In this document: positions 1 through 9,410 of the stretch, piece after piece | Layout: each line of letters opens with the position of its first letter | Position numbering within the stretch: position 1 is the first letter of the stretch | Assembly: GCA_003563985.1 (NCBI GenBank) | Contig: PWSR01000147.1 | Location: 1 to 53,715 of the forward strand | Length of the DNA: 53,715 bases | From: Clostridia bacterium | GTDB lineage: Bacteria; Bacillota; Sulfobacillia; SLMV01 | Direction: 5' to 3' | Notes under the pieces: generated by a model | What the model was told of the DNA's origin: nothing | The model's database searches: none | The model's input: only the letters and a program-made list of their open reading frames with translations | Translations under genes and position numbers: made by a program

Positions 1-1114
1 CGGGAACGTATTTCAGGGCATTCCCCACGAGATTCTGCAGCGCGACTTCCATCCACCGGGGTTCGACGAGCCACGTCGATTCCCCGACGATCTCGGCGTT
101 CACACCCTTTTCTCGGATGTGGCTCGAGAAGTCGTCCAACACTCCGCGTACCAGGCGCTGCATGTTCGTGGGCGCTTTCACGAAGCCGGAGCGGAGCATC
201 TGCGATGCGCTCAGGTCGGTGAGACTCCGCGCCAGGTCATCCAATCGGTCGATTTCCCGGTCGATATGTTGGAGAAAATCTCGCTGCAACTCGGGATCCG
301 GATCGGGATCGTCCATTAAACCCTGCGCCAGCGCGCGCAGTGAGGCCAGGGGAGAGCGGATCTCGTGGGAGGCATTGTCGACGAACATCCGACGCATCCG
401 ATCCTCCCGTCGGAGGGAGTCGAGCATGTGCTGGAAGGCCCGGGCGAGCTCCCCGACCTCATCCGACGAGCTGGTGGTGTCGACATTCCAATCCAGTCGC
501 CCATCCGCCAGCCGGTTTGCGCCCCGCGCCAGTTGGCGTAGCGGGTGAGTCAAAGATGAGGCAAAGGCATATGCGAGAACCCCGGCCACCAATCCCCCTA
601 CTGCGGCACCCCAAAGGAGGAGAATCCGGGTGGTTTGCAGCCCTTGCAGTACCGGGCTCATGTCGGCGGAGAGGAAGGCCGCCCCGACCACCGTATCAGC
701 CCTAAATATCGGTACTGCGGCGTACATCACGCTGGCATCTTCTGTGACCACGATCCTATCGCTGGAATCGCCCTCCAGGGCAGAGCTCGCGGTGACGTCA
801 CCGATCTCTGCTCCCTCCATTTCCCCGAATCCGTCGGCCAGGACCCGGCCGCGGCGATCCAGGTAGAGCACCCGCGCACCGGTTCCCGCGGTCATGTCGC
901 GGCTGGCCTGTCGCAGTTCATTCTGGTTGGAGGTATCCAGGGGGCCGGAAATGGCGTTTGCAGCCAAGTTGGCAGACATGATCAGGGCCGAGGCCTTCTC
1001 CTCCTCGAGGCTCGTTCTCATGTGAGACAGCACCAGGGTGCCCGCCAGGAGTATGGCGACGAATATGGTGGCGAAGTAACTCACCATGAGGCGGGTCCTA
1101 AGAGATCGCAGCAT
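1..1114 (-). CDS. Sensor histidine kinase, partial (C-terminus runs off the window start)
   Basis: Absent from the ORF track because it has no stop in the window. My translation of the minus strand from ATG at 1114 gives an N-terminal TM segment, an extracytoplasmic region, a second TM, a HAMP-like linker, H-box FVDNASHEIRSPLASL and N-box LVGNALKYVP. The start lies 2 nt after the stop of the upstream response regulator. Confidence 0.85.
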   Translation of the reverse strand, partial: MLRSLRTRLMVSYFATIFVAILLAGTLVLSHMRTSLEEEKASALIMSANLAANAISGPLDTSNQNELRQASRDMTAGTGARVLYLDRRGRVLADGFGEMEGAEIGDVTASSALEGDSSDRIVVTEDASVMYAAVPIFRADTVVGAAFLSADMSPVLQGLQTTRILLLWGAAVGGLVAGVLAYAFASSLTHPLRQLARGANRLADGRLDWNVDTTSSSDEVGELARAFQHMLDSLRREDRMRRMFVDNASHEIRSPLASLRALAQGLMDDPDPDPELQRDFLQHIDREIDRLDDLARSLTDLSASQMLRSGFVKAPTNMQRLVRGVLDDFSSHIREKGVNAEIVGESTWLVEPRWMEVALQNLVGNALKYVP

Positions 1115-1116
1115 CG

Positions 1117-1827
1117 TTATCCTCGCTTTGCAGTGAAGGAATAGCCCACGCCCCAACGGGTTAGCAGATACGTGGGATTGGAAGGATCCTCCTCGATCTT
1201 CTTGCGGACTCGTCCCACGCACACATCCACGGTGCGCGTGTCGTAATGCTCCATTCCCCAAACCCGGTCGAGCAACTGCTCCCTTTCGAATACCCGGCCC
1301 GGGTGACGGGCCATCAGGTGCAATAGATCGAATTCCTTGGCGGTCAGTTCCGGGGTTCGCCGTCCCGCGATCGCCACGGTTCGGGCCTCGGGATCGATGA
1401 CGATATCGTCGATTTCCAGGATGCACCCCTGCGTGTCCCGGGGGTGCTGGGTTCGCCTCAGTAGGGCCTTGATCCTGGCGATCAACTCCCGGGTATTGAA
1501 GGGTTTTGCCAGGTAATCATCGGCCCCCACTTCCAGGCCGACGATCTTGTCTACGTCTTCACCTTTAGCGGTGAGCATGATGATGGGCAAGGATTCGATA
1601 CCCGGGGACTTCCTGATCTCCCTGCATACGGACAGGCCGTCTTTTCCCGGCAACATGAGATCGAGTATGACCAAATCGAATTCATGCTCCCGGGCCAACC
1701 GAAGGCCCGTTTCGCCATCGTGGGCGGGGGTTACATCGTATCCTTCCCGGTCCAGGGAGTGGGAAAGCCCTTTCACCAGGCCCGGTTCATCATCGACCAA
1801 CAGGATCTTTTGTGGCAAATCGGTCAC
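1117..1827 (-). CDS. OmpR/PhoB-family response regulator
   Basis: Receiver domain (LLVDDEP, DLVILDLMLPGKDG, LTAKG) followed by a winged-helix output domain (LTAKEFDLL...LLTRWGVGY). GTG start. Confidence 0.95.
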   Translation of the reverse strand: MTDLPQKILLVDDEPGLVKGLSHSLDREGYDVTPAHDGETGLRLAREHEFDLVILDLMLPGKDGLSVCREIRKSPGIESLPIIMLTAKGEDVDKIVGLEVGADDYLAKPFNTRELIARIKALLRRTQHPRDTQGCILEIDDIVIDPEARTVAIAGRRTPELTAKEFDLLHLMARHPGRVFEREQLLDRVWGMEHYDTRTVDVCVGRVRKKIEEDPSNPTYLLTRWGVGYSFTAKRG

Positions 1828-1946
1828 CTCCCGAACTCCGTCACACCAATGTTACAGGATGTAGAGATGTTTCGTCACAGATCGCCACTAGAGTATCGAG
1901 TAGTTAAGGCGTAGTCGAGATGATAACATTCAGAATGCCATGAGAG

Positions 1947-2804
1947 GTGAGACACATGCGTAAAGTTGCTTTTTGCACCGTAGTCATCCTCGGAGTCGCC
2001 CTGTTGTTTTCCGGTTGCGGCGCCGGCGTCTCCGCCGAACCGGGTCCCGAGGTCCCCGCGACGCCCTCGGCGAGGGAAGTAGACATCAACCTGCATCTTC
2101 CCGAATCCGGCGGCGGATGGTTGGAGCAGCGGACGGAGACCGTCGAGGTTCGCGGTGAGCCCCTGGAAACCGTCGTGATCGCACGTTGGCTGCAATCCGT
2201 CGAACATCTTCCCCCGGGAGTGGACGCCGACGCCGAGCTTCGAGGTGAGACGGTATACGTTTCCTTCAATGAAGCAATCCGAGACATATCTTTGGATTGG
2301 GAAGGTCTCATCGTAAAATCCTTGGTCAGCACCCTCGTGGAGATCGATGGAGCCGAAACGGTCCAGATATTGATCGATGGTAAGAAGGTCGGCACCCTCG
2401 CCGGAAATTCCGCCGTCGGAGAGCCCCTGGCACGAGATGATGCCGTATTGGCGCGGGAGGGCTCGGAATCCGAGGAGTTCATTCCCATTAGACCCGCGGA
2501 CCCAAGGGAGGGCGAGATCTTCGTCTACGGAGAAATCGTGGGAGTATCCGATCCCCTCCAGGGATCAACCGTCGGCTGGATCGAGATCGAGCAGCACATC
2601 GCGGATGCCCAGACGCCGGAGGTCGATCCCAGGGTTGCCCTGACCATTGATGTCGTGATTCACCTCCAAGAGATCGATGCGGAGCGCAATGATCACTACA
2701 GCATGCTGGAAGTCGAGGATCTCGAGGTCGGAATGATCGTCGGGATCGTTATCAACGATGAAGGCATGGCCCGGGGGATTATCGTGGAATCCCGGGAGCA
2801 ATAG
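1947..2804 (+). CDS. Lipoprotein with GerMN-like domain
   Basis: Signal peptide with lipobox LLFSGC. The central region resembles GerMN (germane) domains (VYVSFNEA...LVSTLVEIDGAETVQILIDGKKV). Divergent from the two-component operon. Confidence 0.65.
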   Translation: MRHMRKVAFCTVVILGVALLFSGCGAGVSAEPGPEVPATPSAREVDINLHLPESGGGWLEQRTETVEVRGEPLETVVIARWLQSVEHLPPGVDADAELRGETVYVSFNEAIRDISLDWEGLIVKSLVSTLVEIDGAETVQILIDGKKVGTLAGNSAVGEPLARDDAVLAREGSESEEFIPIRPADPREGEIFVYGEIVGVSDPLQGSTVGWIEIEQHIADAQTPEVDPRVALTIDVVIHLQEIDAERNDHYSMLEVEDLEVGMIVGIVINDEGMARGIIVESREQ

Positions 2805-2839
2805 GATTTCCTGGAAGATCGGATGAACGAAGGCAGTCG

Positions 2840-2872
2840 GCCGGCGGCATTCCCTGCGCCGGCTTTCTCTTT
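2840..2872 (+). terminator. Candidate intrinsic terminator
   Basis: Stem gccggcg (2840-2846) pairs with cgccggc (2857-2863), followed by tttctcttt. Confidence 0.5.
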
Positions 2873-2997
2873 GGGCTGCCCTAGATGATAGATTGGATAC
2901 ATAGGATTCGTTGGGATGCGGTCGGATGGTGGCTGGCGTGTCCCGGTGGGGTAGAATATGCAGGGCATGACCAATGTACTTGGAGGGGGTAATACTG

Positions 2998-3948
2998 GTG
3001 GAATGGATCGATTGGGGAGACGGCTGGCAGATAAGCAAACTGTGCTACGGAGTCCTACCCATGGGACCCCTCCAGAAGGACCTGGGTCCCGAGCGCGGTG
3101 CCGAGTTACTGCTGGACGCGTTTCAGCGCGGCATCAACTTCATCGACACCGCCCAATCGTATCGTACCTACGACCACATACGCGGTGCCCTCGAGCAATG
3201 GAACGGACGCGTCTATATCGCGACGAAGTCGGGTGCGACCACCCGGGAGGATATGAAGCGGGCGGTGGAAGAGGCCCGGGAAGCCCTCGATCGCGAGTGC
3301 CTTGACATTTTCCACCTGCACGCCGCCCGGGTGGACGTCGATGTTTTCGATCAACGGCGCGGTGCCTACGAATACCTCCAGGAGTGCCGTGAAGAAGGAG
3401 TCGTCGGACGGATTGGGATTTCCACCCACTCCGCACCGGTGGTGCGGCGCGCAGCGGAAGAAGAAGGCATCGATGTGGTCTATCCGCTCATCAACATGAC
3501 GGGCCTCGGTATCCTGGGCGGCGATCGTCGAGAGATGGAGTTGGCCATCGAGGCGTGTGCCGATGCGGGCAAGCGGCTTTACGCTATGAAAGTATTCGGT
3601 GGCGGCAACCTCCTGGGCGATCGAAGTGCGGCCCTAGATTACGTCCTGTCGCTGAAGGGGATGGACGTCGTATCCATCGGGATGCTGCACGAGAACGAAC
3701 TGACTGTGAACCTGGGTCTCCTGGAGAATTCGGAAATCGATCCCGAGATCTGGGAGGGGACCGCCGGGGGCGAAAGTAAGAGGTTGCACATTCTCCGGCT
3801 TTGCACCGGTTGCGAAACTTGCATCGAGCATTGTCCCAGTGGAGCCCTGTCCGTCCACGATGGGCAATGCGAAGTGGATCGCGATCGCTGCATCCTGTGC
3901 GGGTATTGTGCCCCGCACTGTCCCGAATTCGCCATACGGATGGTCTGA
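2998..3948 (+). CDS. Aldo/keto reductase fused to a C-terminal 2x[4Fe-4S] ferredoxin domain (COG1453-like)
   Basis: AKR-like N-terminal body (RGINFIDTAQSY, IATK). The C-terminus has two CxxCxxCxxxCP motifs (CTGCETCIEHCP, CILCGYCAPHCP). I prefer the GTG at 2998, 8 nt after GGAGGGGG, over the track start at 2974. Confidence 0.85.
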   Translation: MEWIDWGDGWQISKLCYGVLPMGPLQKDLGPERGAELLLDAFQRGINFIDTAQSYRTYDHIRGALEQWNGRVYIATKSGATTREDMKRAVEEAREALDRECLDIFHLHAARVDVDVFDQRRGAYEYLQECREEGVVGRIGISTHSAPVVRRAAEEEGIDVVYPLINMTGLGILGGDRREMELAIEACADAGKRLYAMKVFGGGNLLGDRSAALDYVLSLKGMDVVSIGMLHENELTVNLGLLENSEIDPEIWEGTAGGESKRLHILRLCTGCETCIEHCPSGALSVHDGQCEVDRDRCILCGYCAPHCPEFAIRMV

Positions 3949-3976
3949 GGATTCCCTACCTGGAAAGGGTGATCTC

Positions 3977-5095
3977 GTGCAAGTACGCCTGGGTTTGATC
4001 GTCAATCCCATCGCCGGGATGGGCGGCAGGGTTGGATTGAAGGGCACTGACGGAGAAGATGCTCTGCGCCGTGCGAGGGAACTCGGTGCCGAACCCGACG
4101 CCCCGCGGCGGGCGGAGGTGGCGTTACGTACCATTGCGCGCTCGGGATTGGATGTGCAAATCCTTTCAGCTCCGGGTTCCATGGGAGAAGATGCGGCCCG
4201 CGCCGCGGGTTTCGAGGTGCAGCTCGTCATCGATAATGTCTCGGGCCCTACGGATGCCGGTCATACCCGTGACGCCGCCCGCGCCCTGGAAGCCGCGCGC
4301 GTGGGTTTGCTGATATTTGTCGGCGGCGACGGGACGGCCCGGGACATCATGGATGCGGTCGAATCCCGGATCCCGGTCATCGGTGTGCCCGCCGGGGTGA
4401 AGATGCATTCGGCGGTCTTCGCCACCGATCCCCGCAGCGCGGGAGAGCTGGCTACCGGCTTTCTCGATGGAAGTATTCGCCGCACTCGCGAGGCCGAGGT
4501 CATGGATATCGATGAGGAGGCATTTCGGGAGGGACGCCTTTCTGCGCGACTCTACGGCCACGTGATGACACCCTACGATCCTGCCTTGGTGCAGGATCTC
4601 AAGATGGGCAGTGCTGCCGACGAAGACGCCATGGTGGAGGCGATAGCGGATCGAGTGGTCGGTGAAATGCAACCGGGGGTCATCTACGTCATCGGTCCGG
4701 GAACCACGACCCGAAGGATCCTACAACGCATGGACCTTCCCGCCACGCTCCTGGGCGTCGATGTCGTAAAGGACGGGGAACTCCTCGCCTCCGACGCCAA
4801 CGAGAAGGAGATCCTTCGATTGCTCGACGAGGGAACGCCCGCGCGGATCGTGGTTACGCCCATAGGTGGGCAGGGCTATCTTTTCGGACGGGGGAACCAA
4901 CAGATTTCCGCCGAGGTCATCCGGCGAATTGGTCGCGAAGGCTTGATCATCGTGGCCGCGAAGAGCAAATTGCTTGCCCTGGGGAGAAAGCCGTTGTTGG
5001 TGGATACGGGGGACGACACCGTCGACGCAATGCTCCGGGGTTACGCGCCGGTGATCGTGGATTATCGGGAGGATTCCGTTCGGAAGATCGGTTAG
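3977..5095 (+). CDS. ATP-NAD kinase family protein (COG3199 / AcoX-like)
   Basis: LGLIVNPIAGMGG and FVGGDGT motifs typical of the NAD kinase/diacylglycerol kinase fold. The track ORF starts at 3839 inside the upstream gene. An in-frame GTG at 3977 follows the upstream stop at 3948. Confidence 0.8.
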   Translation: MQVRLGLIVNPIAGMGGRVGLKGTDGEDALRRARELGAEPDAPRRAEVALRTIARSGLDVQILSAPGSMGEDAARAAGFEVQLVIDNVSGPTDAGHTRDAARALEAARVGLLIFVGGDGTARDIMDAVESRIPVIGVPAGVKMHSAVFATDPRSAGELATGFLDGSIRRTREAEVMDIDEEAFREGRLSARLYGHVMTPYDPALVQDLKMGSAADEDAMVEAIADRVVGEMQPGVIYVIGPGTTTRRILQRMDLPATLLGVDVVKDGELLASDANEKEILRLLDEGTPARIVVTPIGGQGYLFGRGNQQISAEVIRRIGREGLIIVAAKSKLLALGRKPLLVDTGDDTVDAMLRGYAPVIVDYREDSVRKIG

Positions 5096-5140
5096 ATCCT
5101 AGAGGCAATGTTGACTTCCGCGTGCCGAGGGAGGCCGAAC

Positions 5141-5992
5141 ATGACAGAGATCACTGCATTGTTGGAGGAGTATTCCGAGGAGTACCTCGCGCCGACGAAC
5201 GAGGAGATCCGCGCCATTACTACTTTGGACGCGGCAGAAGTCGCCCGTCGTGCCGGTTGCACGCCCCGGGAGGCCGAAGTCGCCGCTCTGGAAATGGGGA
5301 TCTGGCCGCTCCGTTACGAACGTAGCCGCGGTACCCTGGGAACCGAGGGGCAGCTGGGACTGTTGCGTTCGAGCGCTGCGGTGATCGGCCTCGGGGGCCT
5401 GGGAGGGTTGGCGGCGGAACTCTTGGCCCGCTCGGGGGTCGGGAGACTTCTCGTGTTCGATCCCGATGCCTACGATGACACGAATCTCAACCGCCAGCTG
5501 CACAGTACGGAGAGCAACTTGGGATGCGGCAAAGCCGAGGAGACGCGGAAGCGTCTGATCGACATCAATGGCGGGATCGAGGTCCGGGCGATTCCGTCGC
5601 GCTGCGACGGTGACGAAGTGGCATTGCTGCACGACGTCGACATCGTGCTGGACTGTCTCGATAGCGTGGGGGATCGAATGACCCTGGTGGAGACATGCAA
5701 GACCTTGAACAAACCCCTCGTCCACGCTGCAATAGCTGGAATGGCCGGACAACTCGCCGTGATTCACCCGGGCGATGAGATACTGAAAATCCTCTACGGC
5801 AGCGCCGCCGAAGAGCGCCAAAAAGGGGTCGAGTTGGAGACCGGGAACCTGGGTCCGACGGCAGCGGCTTTGGCGGCCATGCAGGCTGCGGAGGCGGTCA
5901 AGATCCTCAGTGGTGTCGGTACGCCACTGCGCGGCTCGGTCCTTTTTGTCGACCTGTATCTTGGCTCCGCGGAGAAGGTGGACTTGGCTTGA
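5141..5992 (+). CDS. ThiF/MoeB/HesA-family adenylyltransferase (E1-like) with an N-terminal extension of about 55 aa
   Basis: RYERS...GTEGQ...VIGLGGLGG glycine loop and DPDAYDDTNLNRQ motif. ATG at 5141 is preceded by GGGAGG. No C-terminal CxxC pairs or rhodanese domain. Confidence 0.85.
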   Translation: MTEITALLEEYSEEYLAPTNEEIRAITTLDAAEVARRAGCTPREAEVAALEMGIWPLRYERSRGTLGTEGQLGLLRSSAAVIGLGGLGGLAAELLARSGVGRLLVFDPDAYDDTNLNRQLHSTESNLGCGKAEETRKRLIDINGGIEVRAIPSRCDGDEVALLHDVDIVLDCLDSVGDRMTLVETCKTLNKPLVHAAIAGMAGQLAVIHPGDEILKILYGSAAEERQKGVELETGNLGPTAAALAAMQAAEAVKILSGVGTPLRGSVLFVDLYLGSAEKVDLA

Positions 5993-7158
5993 GACTCCGG
6001 AGTTGGGTGGGTGCACTCCTGTTTTGCGTGGTGCTCGTGGGTCTGGTGATGTCCCCGGCTGCTGCGGCCGTGGAGCCCGAACCCGAGCCTTCTTTCGACA
6101 TGGATACCTACAGGGCTACCGTCCTGGAAGTGTCCGAGGACGAAGCCGTGGAATCCTATTTTGGTGAGGCGGCCGCCATTCAGCGGGTGCGGGTTCGCAT
6201 CGACGCGGGGCCGTGGGAGGGTGAACACGAACTCGAGAACCACCTCACCGGTAACCCGGCCTATGATCTACGGGTTGCCCCCGGGGACCGCGTCATGGTC
6301 GGTGGTTCCGAGTACGGAGGTCGAAGTGAACTCTTCATCGTCGATTTTGTCCGGGACGTACCCCTCCTGTACCTGGTGGGGATCTTTGCTGCATCCTTGA
6401 TTATTATCGGTGGCCTTCGGGGGATCAAGACGCTCCTCGTATTGGGTCTCACTGGCATCGCGGTGTTGTACTTGTTGATTCCGGCGCTGTTGGCGGGTTG
6501 GAGCCCCATCGTTACAACCGTGGCGATCAGCGGTATTGTCGTCACGGTGAGCCTATCGATCATCACCGGTTTCACCACGAAAACCTTGTCGGCCGTGATC
6601 GGTACGGTGGCGGGCGTACTCTTTGCCGGGATACTGGCCGGGGTCTTCGGTGAGTCGGCCCATCTCCTCGGACTCCATACCCAGGAAGCGCAGCTCCTGA
6701 TGTTTACCACCGAACAGACCTTTGACTTTCGCGGACTACTCTTTGCAGGGATGATCCTCGGTGCCCTGGGAGCCGTAATGGACGTTTCGATATCCATCGC
6801 ATCGGCCGTCGAAGAGGTGTATCGGGCCGGGGGTGATCGGAGCGTGGCCTCGCTGGCGCGGGCCGGTCTCAATGTGGGGCGGGATGTACTCGGGACGATG
6901 TCGAATACACTGATCCTGGCCTACACGGGGAGCGCTCTTCCGCTTTTGCTCCTGCTCATGGCGCATCGGGCAGACTTGGTCGGGGTGGCAAACATGGATA
7001 TCATCGCCACCGAGGTTGTCCGGGCCCTCAGCGGCAGCGTCGGGCTCGTCCTCTGCGTTCCCGTCACTGCCTTCGCCGCGGCCTATTTCAAGGGGAATCA
7101 AGCCGTTCGGCGAGATTCCAAGGTGCCCCGTTCGCGCGGACCCAGCCGCAGTCGATAG
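5989..7158 (+). CDS. YibE/F-family integral membrane protein
   Basis: Signal/TM segment, soluble N-terminal domain, then multiple TM helices with the YibE/F-like pattern. The TTG start overlaps the upstream stop (TTGA). Confidence 0.75.
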   Translation: MRLRSWVGALLFCVVLVGLVMSPAAAAVEPEPEPSFDMDTYRATVLEVSEDEAVESYFGEAAAIQRVRVRIDAGPWEGEHELENHLTGNPAYDLRVAPGDRVMVGGSEYGGRSELFIVDFVRDVPLLYLVGIFAASLIIIGGLRGIKTLLVLGLTGIAVLYLLIPALLAGWSPIVTTVAISGIVVTVSLSIITGFTTKTLSAVIGTVAGVLFAGILAGVFGESAHLLGLHTQEAQLLMFTTEQTFDFRGLLFAGMILGALGAVMDVSISIASAVEEVYRAGGDRSVASLARAGLNVGRDVLGTMSNTLILAYTGSALPLLLLLMAHRADLVGVANMDIIATEVVRALSGSVGLVLCVPVTAFAAAYFKGNQAVRRDSKVPRSRGPSRSR

Positions 7159-7168
7159 GAGGATCTCG

Positions 7169-7405
7169 GTGCCGATACTACGGGAAGTGGCCGCATACTT
7201 TGCTCTCCTAATGCAAATCGGGATACTAATTGCGGCTTCCGTATTCCTCGGATTCTACGCGGGCTCCTGGTTGGATCGGCGGTTGGGCACCGGCATGGTA
7301 TTCACGATGGTGGGGGTTATCATGGGTGTGGGTGCGGGGTTTTGGACCGCGTACCGCACGATCATGAAGGTCTCGAAGAATTCGGACGACGCCAAGGACC
7401 GCTGA
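7169..7405 (+). CDS. atpZ: AtpZ-like small membrane protein (F0F1 operon-associated)
   Basis: 78-aa protein with two TM helices, sitting directly upstream of atpI-atpB. GTG at 7169 lies 6 nt after AGGAGG. The track ORF start at 7016 overlaps yibE/F. Confidence 0.65.
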   Translation: MPILREVAAYFALLMQIGILIAASVFLGFYAGSWLDRRLGTGMVFTMVGVIMGVGAGFWTAYRTIMKVSKNSDDAKDR

Positions 7406-7418
7406 AGGGAAGCGTACT

Positions 7419-7850
7419 GTGCCATCTTTCGATCGACTGCTGAGACGCATCCTCCTGGGGGACTTGATCTTCCTGTCCCTGGGGCTCGTCGCAATCTTCC
7501 TTCTCGGCCGGGGGCATTTCTGGTATCCTTTTGCCTTGGGAGTCTTGTTGGGTGCCCTCAATCTCTTCCTCCACGCTTTCTCCGTTCGGCGCTTGCTGGG
7601 GGCCGTTGCATCAAACGAGGGCACTTCGGCGGGGATACGGGCGGCCCTCCTGTACACTGGACGCTTCTTCATCCTGGCCGCTGTGCTGGCCTACGAGTAC
7701 CTGGTCCGGGGTATCGATCTCGTGCCGGCCATCGTGGGATTGTTGGGAACCTATGCAGTGTTGATGGCGATCGGTATAATGGATGCGCGACGCGGCAACG
7801 GGGCCTCTGACGAGGTCGTCAAGGATCCGTCGATGGAGGCCACCGAGTAA
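7419..7850 (+). CDS. atpI: ATP synthase protein I-like membrane protein
   Basis: Hydrophobic protein with about 4 TM helices, positioned immediately before atpB. Confidence 0.55.
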   Translation: MPSFDRLLRRILLGDLIFLSLGLVAIFLLGRGHFWYPFALGVLLGALNLFLHAFSVRRLLGAVASNEGTSAGIRAALLYTGRFFILAAVLAYEYLVRGIDLVPAIVGLLGTYAVLMAIGIMDARRGNGASDEVVKDPSMEATE

Positions 7851-7865
7851 TCGTCGGGTTGGAGG

Positions 7866-8528
7866 ATGTTCATGGAAAGATTTATGCAGGCACCGGAAGT
7901 ACTCTTCCGGATCGCTGGAGTCCCGATCACCGAAACCGTGTTCGTCGGCTGGATGGTGATGCTCTTTTTCATCGGAGCGGGATTCGCAGTGACGAGGACG
8001 CTTCGGGAACGTCCCGGGATCGTGCAGGCGACGGCCGAGATGATGGTGAGTGGTTTCCGCTCCCTGGTATCCGATACGATGGGGCAGGACAAACTGGGAT
8101 TTTACGCGTTCGTCGGATCCCTCATTCTCTTCGTCTTCCTCTCCAACATACTGGGCGTCACCGGGCTTCGGCCACCCACCTCGGACGTGAACATAACCAT
8201 GGGAATGGCCATCCTCACCTTCATGATGGTGCAGTTCTATCGCTTCAAGGCAAAGGGAGTCCTCGGTTACGTCAAGAGTTTCGGTGAGCCGCTGGTCTTC
8301 TTGTTCCCCCTGAATATTATTTCGGAGTTGGCTGCGCCCGTTTCCCTCGGGATGCGTCTCTTCGGTAACATTCTCGGGGGAACCATAATCGTCGCGCTGA
8401 TATATGATGTCATTCCGTTGGGGGCTCCCGTACCATTCCACCTCTACTTTGACCTCTTCGTCGGCGCAGTGCAGACTTACATCTTCGCGATGCTTACGAT
8501 GGTATTCGTGAAGATGGCCATGGAGTAA
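7866..8528 (+). CDS. atpB: F0 ATP synthase subunit a
   Basis: Conserved stator arginine region LGMRLFGNILGG. Polytopic. Confidence 0.95.
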   Translation: MFMERFMQAPEVLFRIAGVPITETVFVGWMVMLFFIGAGFAVTRTLRERPGIVQATAEMMVSGFRSLVSDTMGQDKLGFYAFVGSLILFVFLSNILGVTGLRPPTSDVNITMGMAILTFMMVQFYRFKAKGVLGYVKSFGEPLVFLFPLNIISELAAPVSLGMRLFGNILGGTIIVALIYDVIPLGAPVPFHLYFDLFVGAVQTYIFAMLTMVFVKMAME

Positions 8529-8562
8529 TCTTGTAGGTCTCTCGAAAGGAGATGTTCGTTAG

Positions 8563-8814
<252 letters not shown>

Positions 8815-8861
8815 ACCCGGTGATACCGGCGGCGCGGGTAAAGAAGGGATGAGCGAGAGCC

Positions 8862-9350
8862 TTGACCGAAATCACATGGTCGCTTCTGATTCAGATCGCC
8901 AGTTTCTTGATCTTCTTTCTCGTGCTTCGGCGGGTGTTCTTTACCCCCATCCTCGAGAACATGGAGCGGCGCGAAGAAACTATAACTGCCCTGCTCGAGG
9001 AGGCTGAAGATCGTCGCGAGAAATCGGTGGAACTGCAAGAGCGGTGTTCGGACCGGATTAAAGAGGCCCGTGATGAAGCCGCTAAGGTGGTGGATGAGGC
9101 GGAAGAGGAAGCGCGAGGGCGCTACGAGCTGATCGTATCCGCCGCGCGGGACGAGGGAGATCGCCTTCTCAACGAAGCGCGAGATGCCATCGAGGAGGAG
9201 CGCCGTCACGCTCTGGAGGATTTCCGCCGCGAGGCGGTGGATCTCGCCCAACTGATTTCCGAAAAGGTCTTGAGTCGCAGGCTGGACGAGCGGGAACGGC
9301 AGATCGTGGAGGAAGAGTTGCAGGCAAGATTGGAACATAGGCGCAACTGA
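8862..9350 (+). CDS. atpF: F0 ATP synthase subunit b
   Basis: Single N-terminal TM helix followed by a long charged coiled-coil (E/R/A rich). Confidence 0.9.
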   Translation: MTEITWSLLIQIASFLIFFLVLRRVFFTPILENMERREETITALLEEAEDRREKSVELQERCSDRIKEARDEAAKVVDEAEEEARGRYELIVSAARDEGDRLLNEARDAIEEERRHALEDFRREAVDLAQLISEKVLSRRLDERERQIVEEELQARLEHRRN

Positions 9351-9369
9351 GAGCGACCATCGCGCTGCT

Positions 9370-9410
9370 CGACTCGGCCCCCGCTCCGGTGGGGGCCGAG
9401 TCGTTGGGTT
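9370..9410 (+). terminator. Strong GC-rich hairpin after atpF (candidate terminator or attenuator)
   Basis: Perfect 13-bp stem: cgactcggccccc (9370-9382) pairs with gggggccgagtcg (9391-9403), with an 8-nt loop. The trailing ttgggtt is a weak U tract. Confidence 0.5.
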
